In this document: positions 1 through 8,412 of the stretch, in pieces
Numbering within the stretch: position 1 is the first letter of the stretch
How the letters are laid out: every line of letters starts with the position of its first letter
Assembly (NCBI GenBank): GCA_963793425.1
Contig: CAWCAG010000005.1
Location: 1,088,001 to 1,152,000, forward strand
DNA length: 64,000 bases
From: an uncultured cyanobacterium
GTDB taxonomy: Bacteria; Cyanobacteriota; Cyanobacteriia; Cyanobacteriales; CAWCAG01
Reading direction: 5' to 3'
Notes under the pieces: generated by a model
Told to the model about the DNA's origin: nothing
Database searches by the model: none
The model's input: the letters and a program-made list of their open reading frames with translations, nothing else
Program-made: the position numbers and the translations under genes

Positions 1-361
1 CACTAAAGTTATCAGAAAAGTAATGAGAAGCCGGATCATAGTGGTTTTTATTTGCTATACGTAGAATACAAGTATCGTTGTATGCTCGATATGTAATAAC
101 AGTGTAACTGCGCGAATAAATAGTATCACAAGGAATGAATAAGGGGCTTATTATGGGGCTTTTAACCTTTTCAATTTCACCGTGATAAGTTTCTCCTATT
201 TCAAGCGCTACGGGAGAATAAACTAAAATTCTGTCAGAATTAACTTCCAAACCTTCTACAGTTAGCTGTTCTAGTTCTACCCCAACTTTACTAACAATAT
301 AATCTTTACCAATTTTCTTAATAACTTGAAAGTATCCTACTAAGCCTGTGTGAAGCATCAT
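1..361 (-). CDS. hypothetical protein, partial (runs off left edge)
   Basis: Manually translated open frame from ATG at 361 (MMLHTGLVGYFQVIKKIGKDYIVSKVGVELEQ...) with no stop before base 1; not in the ORF track; no family recognised. Confidence 0.5.
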   Translation of the reverse strand, partial: MMLHTGLVGYFQVIKKIGKDYIVSKVGVELEQLTVEGLEVNSDRILVYSPVALEIGETYHGEIEKVKSPIISPLFIPCDTIYSRSYTVITYRAYNDTCILRIANKNHYDPASHYFSDNFS

Positions 362-452
362 TTTATAAATCAAGTGTTTATACGTTCATTACAGTATAAA
401 TACTTCTTTCTCCATAGGCAAACTTCTCATATAAAAGTTTATTACAGTAATA

Positions 453-1253
453 TCACTTAGTGGCGACTACTGCTAAATTCCAACACATACGACGCAGATA
501 AGGAAGCTTTTTAAAAACTTGGTCTAGTTTTTCTAATTTTTGATAGACGGGTTTTAATCTTGCTTGTTCAATAATGATCTTCTTCCAATACCTTTCTTGA
601 TTAGGATTAATCCTTTCAATTAAGTAGAAACGCAAAAAGATCCACAGAGTCGCTAACCAAAAGGTATCGTATTGAAGTTGAGAAAAAAGGGATTCCAAGT
701 CTTCAACAATACCAATATCCAAAGGATGTTCATTTTCTGTACGCACTTCTGTAGCCAGCCGACGATAGATATTGATGATGGGATTATGCTTCAATGGGTC
801 CCAAAAACAAGCTTTTCCCCCTGGTTTAAGGACACGGTGCATCTCTCGCAGAGCTAGTTGAGGATCACTGATATGATGTAATAAGTTAGCGGCGTAAACA
901 ATATCAAAAGTTTCATCAGGAAACTCCAAAGCCATAGCATTAGCAGTACAACCTGCAATTTCTACTCCATTAGTTGCAGCTAATTTAAGGGCAACTTCCA
1001 CCATACCCTCAGACCAATCTGCGGCTAAACATTTAGCCCCTTGACGGGCAAAATAGACGCTATTTTCTCCTGCACCGCAACCTAAATCCAAAAGGTATTT
1101 CCCTTTAACATCCCCTAAATGTTTAAGTATGAAGCGGTTTTCTGGGGCTGTACAAGCTTCAAAATAGTCTCTTACTTGAATACCTTCAACATCAATAGCC
1201 GCAGCCCAAGCATCGTGAAATTGTCGCTCTTTTTTCAGGGATTCGTTGTTCAT
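453..1253 (-). CDS. class I SAM-dependent methyltransferase
   Basis: LLDLGCGAG motif I, FPDETFDIV, RVLKPGG. Confidence 0.9.
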   Translation of the reverse strand: MNNESLKKERQFHDAWAAAIDVEGIQVRDYFEACTAPENRFILKHLGDVKGKYLLDLGCGAGENSVYFARQGAKCLAADWSEGMVEVALKLAATNGVEIAGCTANAMALEFPDETFDIVYAANLLHHISDPQLALREMHRVLKPGGKACFWDPLKHNPIINIYRRLATEVRTENEHPLDIGIVEDLESLFSQLQYDTFWLATLWIFLRFYLIERINPNQERYWKKIIIEQARLKPVYQKLEKLDQVFKKLPYLRRMCWNLAVVATK

Positions 1254-1342
1254 TTAGGTACTAGTTAATGAAGAAACCGGACAGACTTGCATCTTTACAA
1301 TATAAGCCACCGGTTTCTAATCGAGAACTAACAAACCCAAAT

Positions 1343-1678
1343 TTATGATTTGCTGAATCCCAAGTCGTGTTCTTCAGCATAGCGTTCCATAAAGCGCATA
1401 AAACGATCCCATTCCTGTTGAGATTTCATCAAATGAATAGCTTCTAGTCCTTGGGGTTGCCCGTTGACAAATTTACCTTTAACTTCTCTAGTAACAATTT
1501 CTCCTTCTTCATCAATCAAATACATACCAGTAATTTCTTCAGTACTCTCAGCACTAAAAGCTTTAGGGTTAGTAAAATAAAAAGTGGCTGTACCGCTTTC
1601 GCCATCACGGGCGCGGGTGAGGCGTACATCAGGTACAACATCTTCAGCAATTCCTTTAGAAAACTGGATCTCTGCCAT
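1343..1678 (-). CDS. psb28: photosystem II assembly protein Psb28
   Basis: [22 protein letters not shown]...[12 protein letters not shown], typical Psb28. Confidence 0.97.
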   Translation of the reverse strand: MAEIQFSKGIAEDVVPDVRLTRARDGESGTATFYFTNPKAFSAESTEEITGMYLIDEEGEIVTREVKGKFVNGQPQGLEAIHLMKSQQEWDRFMRFMERYAEEHDLGFSKS

Positions 1679-1784
1679 AATTTAATCTTTGCTTTTTCTT
1701 AAAAATCAACTATTATCCATCTTCCCATAAAGCAAGAATTTGACATAATCCAGCCTCTATTAAAAAACTGCATTTGGTTAACTA

Positions 1785-1955
1785 ATGGCACATCAACATT
1801 CCCAGTCTCATTTACCTCAAAAAATTTGTCCTGTTTGTAATCGCCCTTTCACTTGGCGCAAAAAATGGGAAAAATGTTGGCAAGAAGTTAAATACTGTTC
1901 GGAACGTTGTCGTCGTCGTAAATCTCAAGTGAAGGTTAAAACTAAAATAAAATAG
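1785..1955 (+). CDS. DUF2256 domain small Cys-rich (zinc-finger-like) protein, 56 aa
   Basis: Manual translation: [46 protein letters not shown]; below the ORF-track length cutoff. Confidence 0.85.
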   Translation: MAHQHSQSHLPQKICPVCNRPFTWRKKWEKCWQEVKYCSERCRRRKSQVKVKTKIK

Positions 1956-1988
1956 CGATGCTGTGAAAACAGTGTCGCTACCGATAAT

Positions 1989-2336
1989 TTATTGTTCTGC
2001 GGAATTACGATTTAATTCCCAACGCTCTTCATCCCGTTGTTCTAACTTAGATTTCATTTGTACAGCTTCTACATCACTCATTTCTACCCCCGCTGAAACT
2101 GCCATTTCATCTATATTATTCTGTGCTGGAGTTGGAGTTGTACCGCCGATAGCTTCTTCCCCAACCACAGAAGCTTGGTATTGATTCGTATCTAAATCCC
2201 CTCCCGTAGTAGATTTACCGATAGTGGGATTTTCTTCTATCTCTTCTAATACTTCCCCTATACCCGTGTTGCGATCGCTTATTCCTGTGGTTTCTCTAAT
2301 TGTTTCTTCTCCAGGCAGATTATCTTCATTATTCAA
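1989..2336 (-). CDS. acidic DUF6335-like protein
   Basis: TGGDLD...QASVVGEEAIGGTTPTPAQNNID...RDEERWEL motif; TTG start with upstream AGGGG. Confidence 0.75.
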   Translation of the reverse strand: MNNEDNLPGEETIRETTGISDRNTGIGEVLEEIEENPTIGKSTTGGDLDTNQYQASVVGEEAIGGTTPTPAQNNIDEMAVSAGVEMSDVEAVQMKSKLEQRDEERWELNRNSAEQ

Positions 2337-2382
2337 AGTTGTTTCCCCTTAACTGATTATCAATTTTACAACCTACAAAACA

Positions 2383-2410
2383 AAGTAAGGAGCTTAAAGA
2401 CTCCTTACTT
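2383..2410 (-). terminator. hairpin downstream of csbD
   Basis: Perfect 10-bp inverted repeat AAGTAAGGAG / CTCCTTACTT. Confidence 0.6.
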
Positions 2411-2431
2411 GACTTTTCTCTTTAAAAGCAA

Positions 2432-2614
2432 TTAATCAATAGCTTTTTTGAGCTTATCTTTAACATTTTCTACGGAATGCTCAATTTCTGCTTCAGCTTG
2501 TTTGGCTTGCCCTTCTGCTTTATCTTCAGGATCTCCTGTGACTTCTCCTATCGCTTCTTGCACTTTACCTTCAATATTTTTGGCTGTTGCTTTGGCCCTA
2601 TCTTCAATACTCAT
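2432..2614 (-). CDS. CsbD family stress protein
   Basis: MSIEDRAKATAKNIEGKVQEAIGEVTGD...EGQAKQ. Confidence 0.92.
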   Translation of the reverse strand: MSIEDRAKATAKNIEGKVQEAIGEVTGDPEDKAEGQAKQAEAEIEHSVENVKDKLKKAID

Positions 2615-2856
2615 GATATTCGCTCCTTAAATCTGTTAGTTGTTTAAGTTACTACCTTAAATTTTAGTAATTTTCACTCTCATAATTCTTCTATCTGGCG
2701 ATGTATCAAGCCAAATAATTTTAACCTAGTTAGCTTCATCTAAGGTTAGATAAACTCTGGCAATAAGTACTGATTAAGTTATACGGCTAGTAAATTATTT
2801 CTGAGAAAACCTATATCTATAGTCTGATTTAGCTAAGTTGCTCTGAATTTGTCTAC

Positions 2857-4773
2857 TCAAACAACTGGTAAACAAACAGTAAAAGTAGTACATCCTGGTT
2901 GACTCTCAAAAGTAATTTCTCCTTGGTGCTTATCAACAATTTTACTAACAATATCTAACCCTAAACCACTACCTTCTCCGGGAGGTTTGGTAGTGAAAAA
3001 AGGTTTAAATATTCTGCTCTTTATTTCTTCTGATATCCCTTTGCCAGTATCAGTAAAACTAACTTTAGCTTGATTTTCTTCCTTAACAACATCAATGATT
3101 AAGTCTCCCTGATTTTCCATGGCTTGAAGAGCATTATGAATCAAATTAGTCCAGACTTGATTAAGTTCGTCAGGATAACATAAAATTGACGGAATTTCTG
3201 TATAGTTGCGTTGGACTTTGACCCCTTGCTTTAATTGATTATGATAAAGAGTTAAAACTGTTTCAATACCTTGAATCAAATCAGCTTGTATTTTTGTTCC
3301 TGAGTGATCATAACGAGCATAACTCTTTAAAGCGAAAACAACTTTTGCTGCTCTTTCAGTGGCAGTAGTAATGATAGTTGAACTCTTTTTCAAATTAGCT
3401 AAATCATAAGCAGTATCTAAAATCATTTCACCTCTACTATCTTGTAACAAAGGTAAGTAAGCTGATACATTGTCTTCTACACCAATATTAACTAATGTAT
3501 TCGCAACATTAGCATAATTGGCAACTTGATACTCTTCTAACTGATGGGCTATTTGTTTTTTCAATCGACGTTTTTCACGAGAAGAAAGAGGAATTTTATT
3601 TTGCTTCGACTTCTTTAACAAAGAAATAAAGACTTCATAATATTCTGGAGGAATTTGTTGACAAAAACTCGGTATCTTCTCTAAATTTTCAATCAAAAAC
3701 TTTTCAATATACTCTCCTGAAGAACGTATAGCGGCTAAAGGAGTATTAACTTCATGGGCTACCCCAGCTACTAATTGTCCAAGAGCAGCCATTTTTTCAG
3801 TTTGAATTAATTCTTCTTGGGTAGTGCGTAGCTCTTTTAAGGTTGTAGCTAACTGCTCATTTTTTTGTTCTAGCTCTAAAGTCCTTTCTTTAACCTGAGT
3901 TTCTAAAGTTTGATTATATTCTGCTAATACTTTCTCAGCTTTTTTCCTTTGACTAATATCTTGAAAAACAGCCATAGCATAAACAACTTTTCTGCGTTTA
4001 TCATAAATAGGAGTACTACAGGTTTCCAGGGGAATAACTTTACTGCCTTGATGAACTTCTATATCACTATCAACAACACTCTCCCCTCGTAAAGCTCTAA
4101 TAATTGGTAATTCTGTTGGCGAACAAGGAAAATTAGTATTAGCTTTATAAAGTTGATAAACTGCTGGTATTTGTTCAGTTTTAGTGGTGGGTAAAGCTCC
4201 TTTCCCCAGTAACTCCTGCGCTTTTTGGTTAGCATAATAAGGTTGCCCTTTACTATCCAAAATAGCAACTCCCACCGGCATTCCTTCTAAAAATTGATTT
4301 AAACGACTTTCATTTTCCCGCAGTCGAGCAATTAAAGCTTTTTGCTGCCGACTTAACCTTTCTAATTGTTTTTTCTGGAAATAGCTATTAAGTGCCTCGT
4401 TAACCGTCATAGTTAAATCGTCAATTTGCCAAGGCTTAGAAATGTAGCGATATAGCTTAGCATTATTGACAGCATTACCAACCTCATCAGCATTGGCTTG
4501 TCCTGTGAGCATGATTTTCAAAGTTTGAGGATGTTGTTGCTGAATTTCCTGTAAAAGTTCGTCTCCTTTCATTTCTGGCATAATTTGGTCAGAAATAATT
4601 ACCGGGACTTCAATCCCTTCTTCAGTTAATTCTGCGAAAATTTCTAAAGCTTCTTCACCACTTTCGGCTAGTTCTATTTCATAGTTATCCCCTAGATTGT
4701 GAGCTAGTTGATCTCGCAGACTTACTAAGACAACTTTCTCATCATCTACGCAGATAATCACAGGTTTACTCAT
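2857..4773 (-). CDS. hybrid receiver-PAS-histidine kinase
   Basis: N-terminal REC (VDDE, SDQIMP, KPW), PAS-like middle, H-box AHEVNTPL, HATPase GSGLGL. Confidence 0.9.
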   Translation of the reverse strand: MSKPVIICVDDEKVVLVSLRDQLAHNLGDNYEIELAESGEEALEIFAELTEEGIEVPVIISDQIMPEMKGDELLQEIQQQHPQTLKIMLTGQANADEVGNAVNNAKLYRYISKPWQIDDLTMTVNEALNSYFQKKQLERLSRQQKALIARLRENESRLNQFLEGMPVGVAILDSKGQPYYANQKAQELLGKGALPTTKTEQIPAVYQLYKANTNFPCSPTELPIIRALRGESVVDSDIEVHQGSKVIPLETCSTPIYDKRRKVVYAMAVFQDISQRKKAEKVLAEYNQTLETQVKERTLELEQKNEQLATTLKELRTTQEELIQTEKMAALGQLVAGVAHEVNTPLAAIRSSGEYIEKFLIENLEKIPSFCQQIPPEYYEVFISLLKKSKQNKIPLSSREKRRLKKQIAHQLEEYQVANYANVANTLVNIGVEDNVSAYLPLLQDSRGEMILDTAYDLANLKKSSTIITTATERAAKVVFALKSYARYDHSGTKIQADLIQGIETVLTLYHNQLKQGVKVQRNYTEIPSILCYPDELNQVWTNLIHNALQAMENQGDLIIDVVKEENQAKVSFTDTGKGISEEIKSRIFKPFFTTKPPGEGSGLGLDIVSKIVDKHQGEITFESQPGCTTFTVCLPVV

Positions 4774-4803
4774 GGTTTTATCCCTCTAGAAGTTAAGTTG
4801 TCT

Positions 4804-6282
4804 TTAGCTAATCGGCAACCAAACCTTAAACGTAGTACATCCTGTCTTGCTTTCTACTTCAATTTTACCTTGATGCTTATCAATAATCTTACTAACAATA
4901 TCCAATCCTAAACCACTGCCTTCCCCAGCAGATTTAGTAGTAAAAAAGGGCTTAAAGATATTTTCCTTAATTTGGGGAGGGATGCCACAGCCAGAATCAG
5001 TTATTTGCACAACAATATAACCATTATTTTCTAGAGCCGTAATTCCTAGTCTCCCTTTATTATTCATAGCTTGAATCGCATTATGAATTAAATTAGTCCA
5101 AACCTGATTCAATTCTTCAGGATAACAAAGTATTGGGGGGATATCTTGATAGTTTTCAGTAACATCTATACCCCTTTTGAGTTGATTGTGATAAATTGTC
5201 AGCACTAAATCTATTCCTTCTATCACCTGAGATCTAATTTTTTCTCCAGTTTGTCCTTGGCGAGCATAACTTTTCAAAGCGAAAACAATTTTAGAAGCTC
5301 TATCTACTGCCAACTTAATATTTTCACTATTGCTTTGCTGCATAGACAAATTATAGGCATTGTGCAAAATCTCTGATTGATAAGGAGACTTTAATAAAGA
5401 CAAAAAAGGAGCAAGTTCTTGCCTAAAACCAATTTTCACTAAATTGGCTGCTACGGTATCAGCATCTTGAATATTTTGCTCTTGCAGTTCTTGTCTATAA
5501 GCACGCTTAATCTTACGCTCTGCTCGAAAAGAAAGAGGTTCAATATTATTTTGACTAGCAGCAATTAAAGCAAAAAAATCTTCCTGTTCTTGTTGAGAAA
5601 GCTGAGTTAATAATTGAGGTAGTTGTTGTAATGATTTAGCTAAAGCATTAGCAATATTGCTAATAGAAGCCTTAATCGCTCCCAAAGGAGTATTGATTTC
5701 GTGGGCAACCCCGGCAATAAGTTGACCAAGAGCAGCCATTTTTTCTGATTGAATCAATTCTTGTTGAGTCGCTTGTAGTTCTTGTAAAGTTTGAGCTAAC
5801 TCTTGATTTTTTTGTTGAAGTTCTGTAGTACGTTCTTCTACTTTTTTTTCTAAAGTACGACTATATTCAGCTAACTTTTTCTTTTGTTCATAACTATTCA
5901 GAGCTTCTTTAACCGTTAATTTCAAATCTTCTGCTTGCCAGGGTTTAGTAATATAGCGATAGAGATTAGCCTGATTAACTGCCTTTCCCACAGCTTCAGC
6001 ACTAGCTTGTCCTGTCAGCATAATCTTCAAAGTTTGGGGATGTTGATTCTGAATTACTACCAACAAATCATCTCCTTTCATCCCCGGCATAATTTGGTCA
6101 GAAATAATTAAAGGAACTTCAACTTTCTCTTCAGTTAATTCTGCAAAAACTTCTAAAGCTTCTTCACCACTTTCTGCCAATTCTATATCATATTCATTGC
6201 CTAAATGTTGAGTAAGCTGATCTCGCAAACTGACTAGAACAATTCTTTCATCATCAACACAAATAATAGCTGGTTTACTCAT
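4804..6282 (-). CDS. hybrid receiver-histidine kinase
   Basis: REC + AHEINTPL H-box + NLIHNA / DSGCGI / GSGLGL. Confidence 0.9.
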   Translation of the reverse strand: MSKPAIICVDDERIVLVSLRDQLTQHLGNEYDIELAESGEEALEVFAELTEEKVEVPLIISDQIMPGMKGDDLLVVIQNQHPQTLKIMLTGQASAEAVGKAVNQANLYRYITKPWQAEDLKLTVKEALNSYEQKKKLAEYSRTLEKKVEERTTELQQKNQELAQTLQELQATQQELIQSEKMAALGQLIAGVAHEINTPLGAIKASISNIANALAKSLQQLPQLLTQLSQQEQEDFFALIAASQNNIEPLSFRAERKIKRAYRQELQEQNIQDADTVAANLVKIGFRQELAPFLSLLKSPYQSEILHNAYNLSMQQSNSENIKLAVDRASKIVFALKSYARQGQTGEKIRSQVIEGIDLVLTIYHNQLKRGIDVTENYQDIPPILCYPEELNQVWTNLIHNAIQAMNNKGRLGITALENNGYIVVQITDSGCGIPPQIKENIFKPFFTTKSAGEGSGLGLDIVSKIIDKHQGKIEVESKTGCTTFKVWLPIS

Positions 6283-6676
6283 CTTTCTGCCCCAAACCGG
6301 ACTCTAAAACATCTATTAAAGTATTTTCATCCCAAGGTTTGGGTAAATAACGATGAAGGTTAGCTAATTGTTCAGTTCGTTTAATTGCTTCATCATCAGC
6401 TTGCCCCGTAAGCAGCACTTTAACAATTTCAGGAAAGCGTTGATGGACTTTAATCAGAAATTCATCTCCTTTCATTTCCGGCATCAGCCAATCAGAAACA
6501 ATCATCAAAATTTCGCTACCATCTTCATTCAACTCCTCAATTACTTCCAAAGCCTCTTCCACACTTTCAGCAAACTCATATTGATAACGCTTGCCAAAAT
6601 GATTGGTGAGTTGATCACGCAAACTCGTGAGAATAATCCTTTCATCATCAACACAAAGAATGGTTTTCTTGGGCAT
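6275..6676 (-). CDS. single-domain response regulator
   Basis: CVDDE, SDWLMP, LTG, KPW. Confidence 0.9.
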   Translation of the reverse strand: MPKKTILCVDDERIILTSLRDQLTNHFGKRYQYEFAESVEEALEVIEELNEDGSEILMIVSDWLMPEMKGDEFLIKVHQRFPEIVKVLLTGQADDEAIKRTEQLANLHRYLPKPWDENTLIDVLESGLGQKDE

Positions 6677-6746
6677 AATTTTTTAGTTAGGAATAAACAA
6701 TTTTTCTTTTGTCTGGGCTAAAGCTGACGTGGAATTGCACCATAAC

Positions 6747-6767
6747 TTAGCTATTAGCTATTAGCTA
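6747..6767. repeat. STRR heptamer (TTAGCTA)x3
   Basis: Direct tandem repeat just after the cyclase stop codon. Confidence 0.7.
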
Positions 6768-6771
6768 AAGC

Positions 6772-7980
6772 TCATTTCTTTCTCACTAGCCAATAGGTCA
6801 TCATATTCCCTTTACCCTTAATAGCAATTTTCCCCCTCGGCTCCAAAAGGTATTTATCTTTCAATTTCTGGTACGTAGATGTAGTTACTTGAATTTTACC
6901 AGGAATTCCTGATGACTCCATGCGAGAAGCAATATTAACCGCATCTCCCCAAAGATCGTAGCTAAATCTTCTTAATCCAATTACTCCTGCCACAACCTTA
7001 CCTGTATTTATGCCTATGCGAATTTGTAAAGGTGAATTGTCTAAGCCCGGATAGTTACTAACCACCTTACCCATAGCTAAGGCCATTTCTGCGATCGCTT
7101 CTACAGCATTTTCTTGAGGGACTGGTACTCCTCCCACTACCATATATTCATCGCCGATAGTTTTGATTTTTTCCAAACCATGCTTATCTGCTAATTCGTC
7201 AAACTCAGAGAAAATGTTATTGAGTAAATCAACCAATTCAATGGGTTTAACAAAAGCTGCCATGCGAGTAAAATCCACCAAATCGGCAAAAAGGATCGTT
7301 GCTTCATCAAATTGTTCAGCAACAATACTCTGACCCTGCTTTAATTTCTCCGCTATCTTAGCAGGTAAGATATTAAGAATTAAATTATCAGACCTTTGCC
7401 GTGCCAAACGTAAGGCGGTTTCTGCCATTTGTCGTTCAGCAATTCTTTGTTCTAACTTAACGTTAGCTCTTCTTAATTCTTGGGTACGCTCAGCAATTTT
7501 TTCTTCTAAGGAACTATTAAGCTGTTGAAGCTGACTATTAAGCCTTTGTAATTCTGCATTTTGTTCTAGTAACTGTTGATTTTGGCGATAACTGCGTAGG
7601 GCTTCTTTAACTGTTAAAATCAGATCAGTTTCTTCCCAAGGCTTATCTAAATAACGATATAAATTCGCTTTATTAACTACATTACCCACTGCTTTAGCAT
7701 CAGCCTGCCCCGTCAACATAATTTTGATAATTTGCGGATAGAGTTGCTCTGCCTTAATCAAAAATTCATCCCCTTTCATTCCTGGCATAATTTGGTCAGA
7801 AATAATCAGAGCAACTTCAATACCCTCTTCCTTTAATTCCTCAAGAATTTCTAAAGCTTCTTCTGCACTTTCTGCGGTTTCCAATTCATCAACTTCTCTC
7901 AAATTACGCTTTAGCTGTTCTTTGAGACTATCTAAAATGACTTTTTGGTCATCAACGCAGAGGATCGCTAGGTGGCTCAT
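6772..7980 (-). CDS. receiver-coiled coil-class III adenylate cyclase
   Basis: REC; FADLVDFT, EKIKTIGDEYM, YDLWGDAVNIASRMES (Lys/Asp pair typical of ATP specificity). Confidence 0.9.
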   Translation of the reverse strand: MSHLAILCVDDQKVILDSLKEQLKRNLREVDELETAESAEEALEILEELKEEGIEVALIISDQIMPGMKGDEFLIKAEQLYPQIIKIMLTGQADAKAVGNVVNKANLYRYLDKPWEETDLILTVKEALRSYRQNQQLLEQNAELQRLNSQLQQLNSSLEEKIAERTQELRRANVKLEQRIAERQMAETALRLARQRSDNLILNILPAKIAEKLKQGQSIVAEQFDEATILFADLVDFTRMAAFVKPIELVDLLNNIFSEFDELADKHGLEKIKTIGDEYMVVGGVPVPQENAVEAIAEMALAMGKVVSNYPGLDNSPLQIRIGINTGKVVAGVIGLRRFSYDLWGDAVNIASRMESSGIPGKIQVTTSTYQKLKDKYLLEPRGKIAIKGKGNMMTYWLVRKK

Positions 7981-8371
7981 ACATCTCCAATGCTGAGGTC
8001 AGTACGTCAGTTAATTCTGCTTCACTCCAAGGTTTTTGCAAACAATAAAACAGATTAGCATCTTTTTTAGCTCTCTCAACAGCCGACTCATCAGCTTGAC
8101 CCGTCAACATTATATTAGTAACACCAGGAAACTTCTGATGTACTTTAATCAGAAATTCATCACCTTTCATTTCTGGCATTAACCAGTCCGAAACCACAAT
8201 CACAATCTGTAAATTTTCTAAGCTTAATTCTTCAATAATTTCCCATCCTTCCTCTGCACTATCAGCAACCTCGTAGAGATATTTGTTGCCAAATTTCCTT
8301 TTCAGTTGCTCTTTGATGCTTTCAAGAACAACCTCATCATCATCAACACATAGGATTACGGTGTCAGTCAT
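7952..8371 (-). CDS. single-domain response regulator
   Basis: CVDDD, SDWLMP, LTG, KPW. Confidence 0.9.
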   Translation of the reverse strand: MTDTVILCVDDDEVVLESIKEQLKRKFGNKYLYEVADSAEEGWEIIEELSLENLQIVIVVSDWLMPEMKGDEFLIKVHQKFPGVTNIMLTGQADESAVERAKKDANLFYCLQKPWSEAELTDVLTSALEMYEPPSDPLR

Positions 8372-8378
8372 ATTAAGC

Positions 8379-8406
8379 AGGGAGTAGGGAGTAGGGAGTA
8401 GGGAGT
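8379..8406. repeat. STRR heptamer (AGGGAGT)x4
   Basis: Tandem repeat filling most of the intergenic gap between kinase and regulator. Confidence 0.85.
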
Positions 8407-8412
8407 AGTTGT

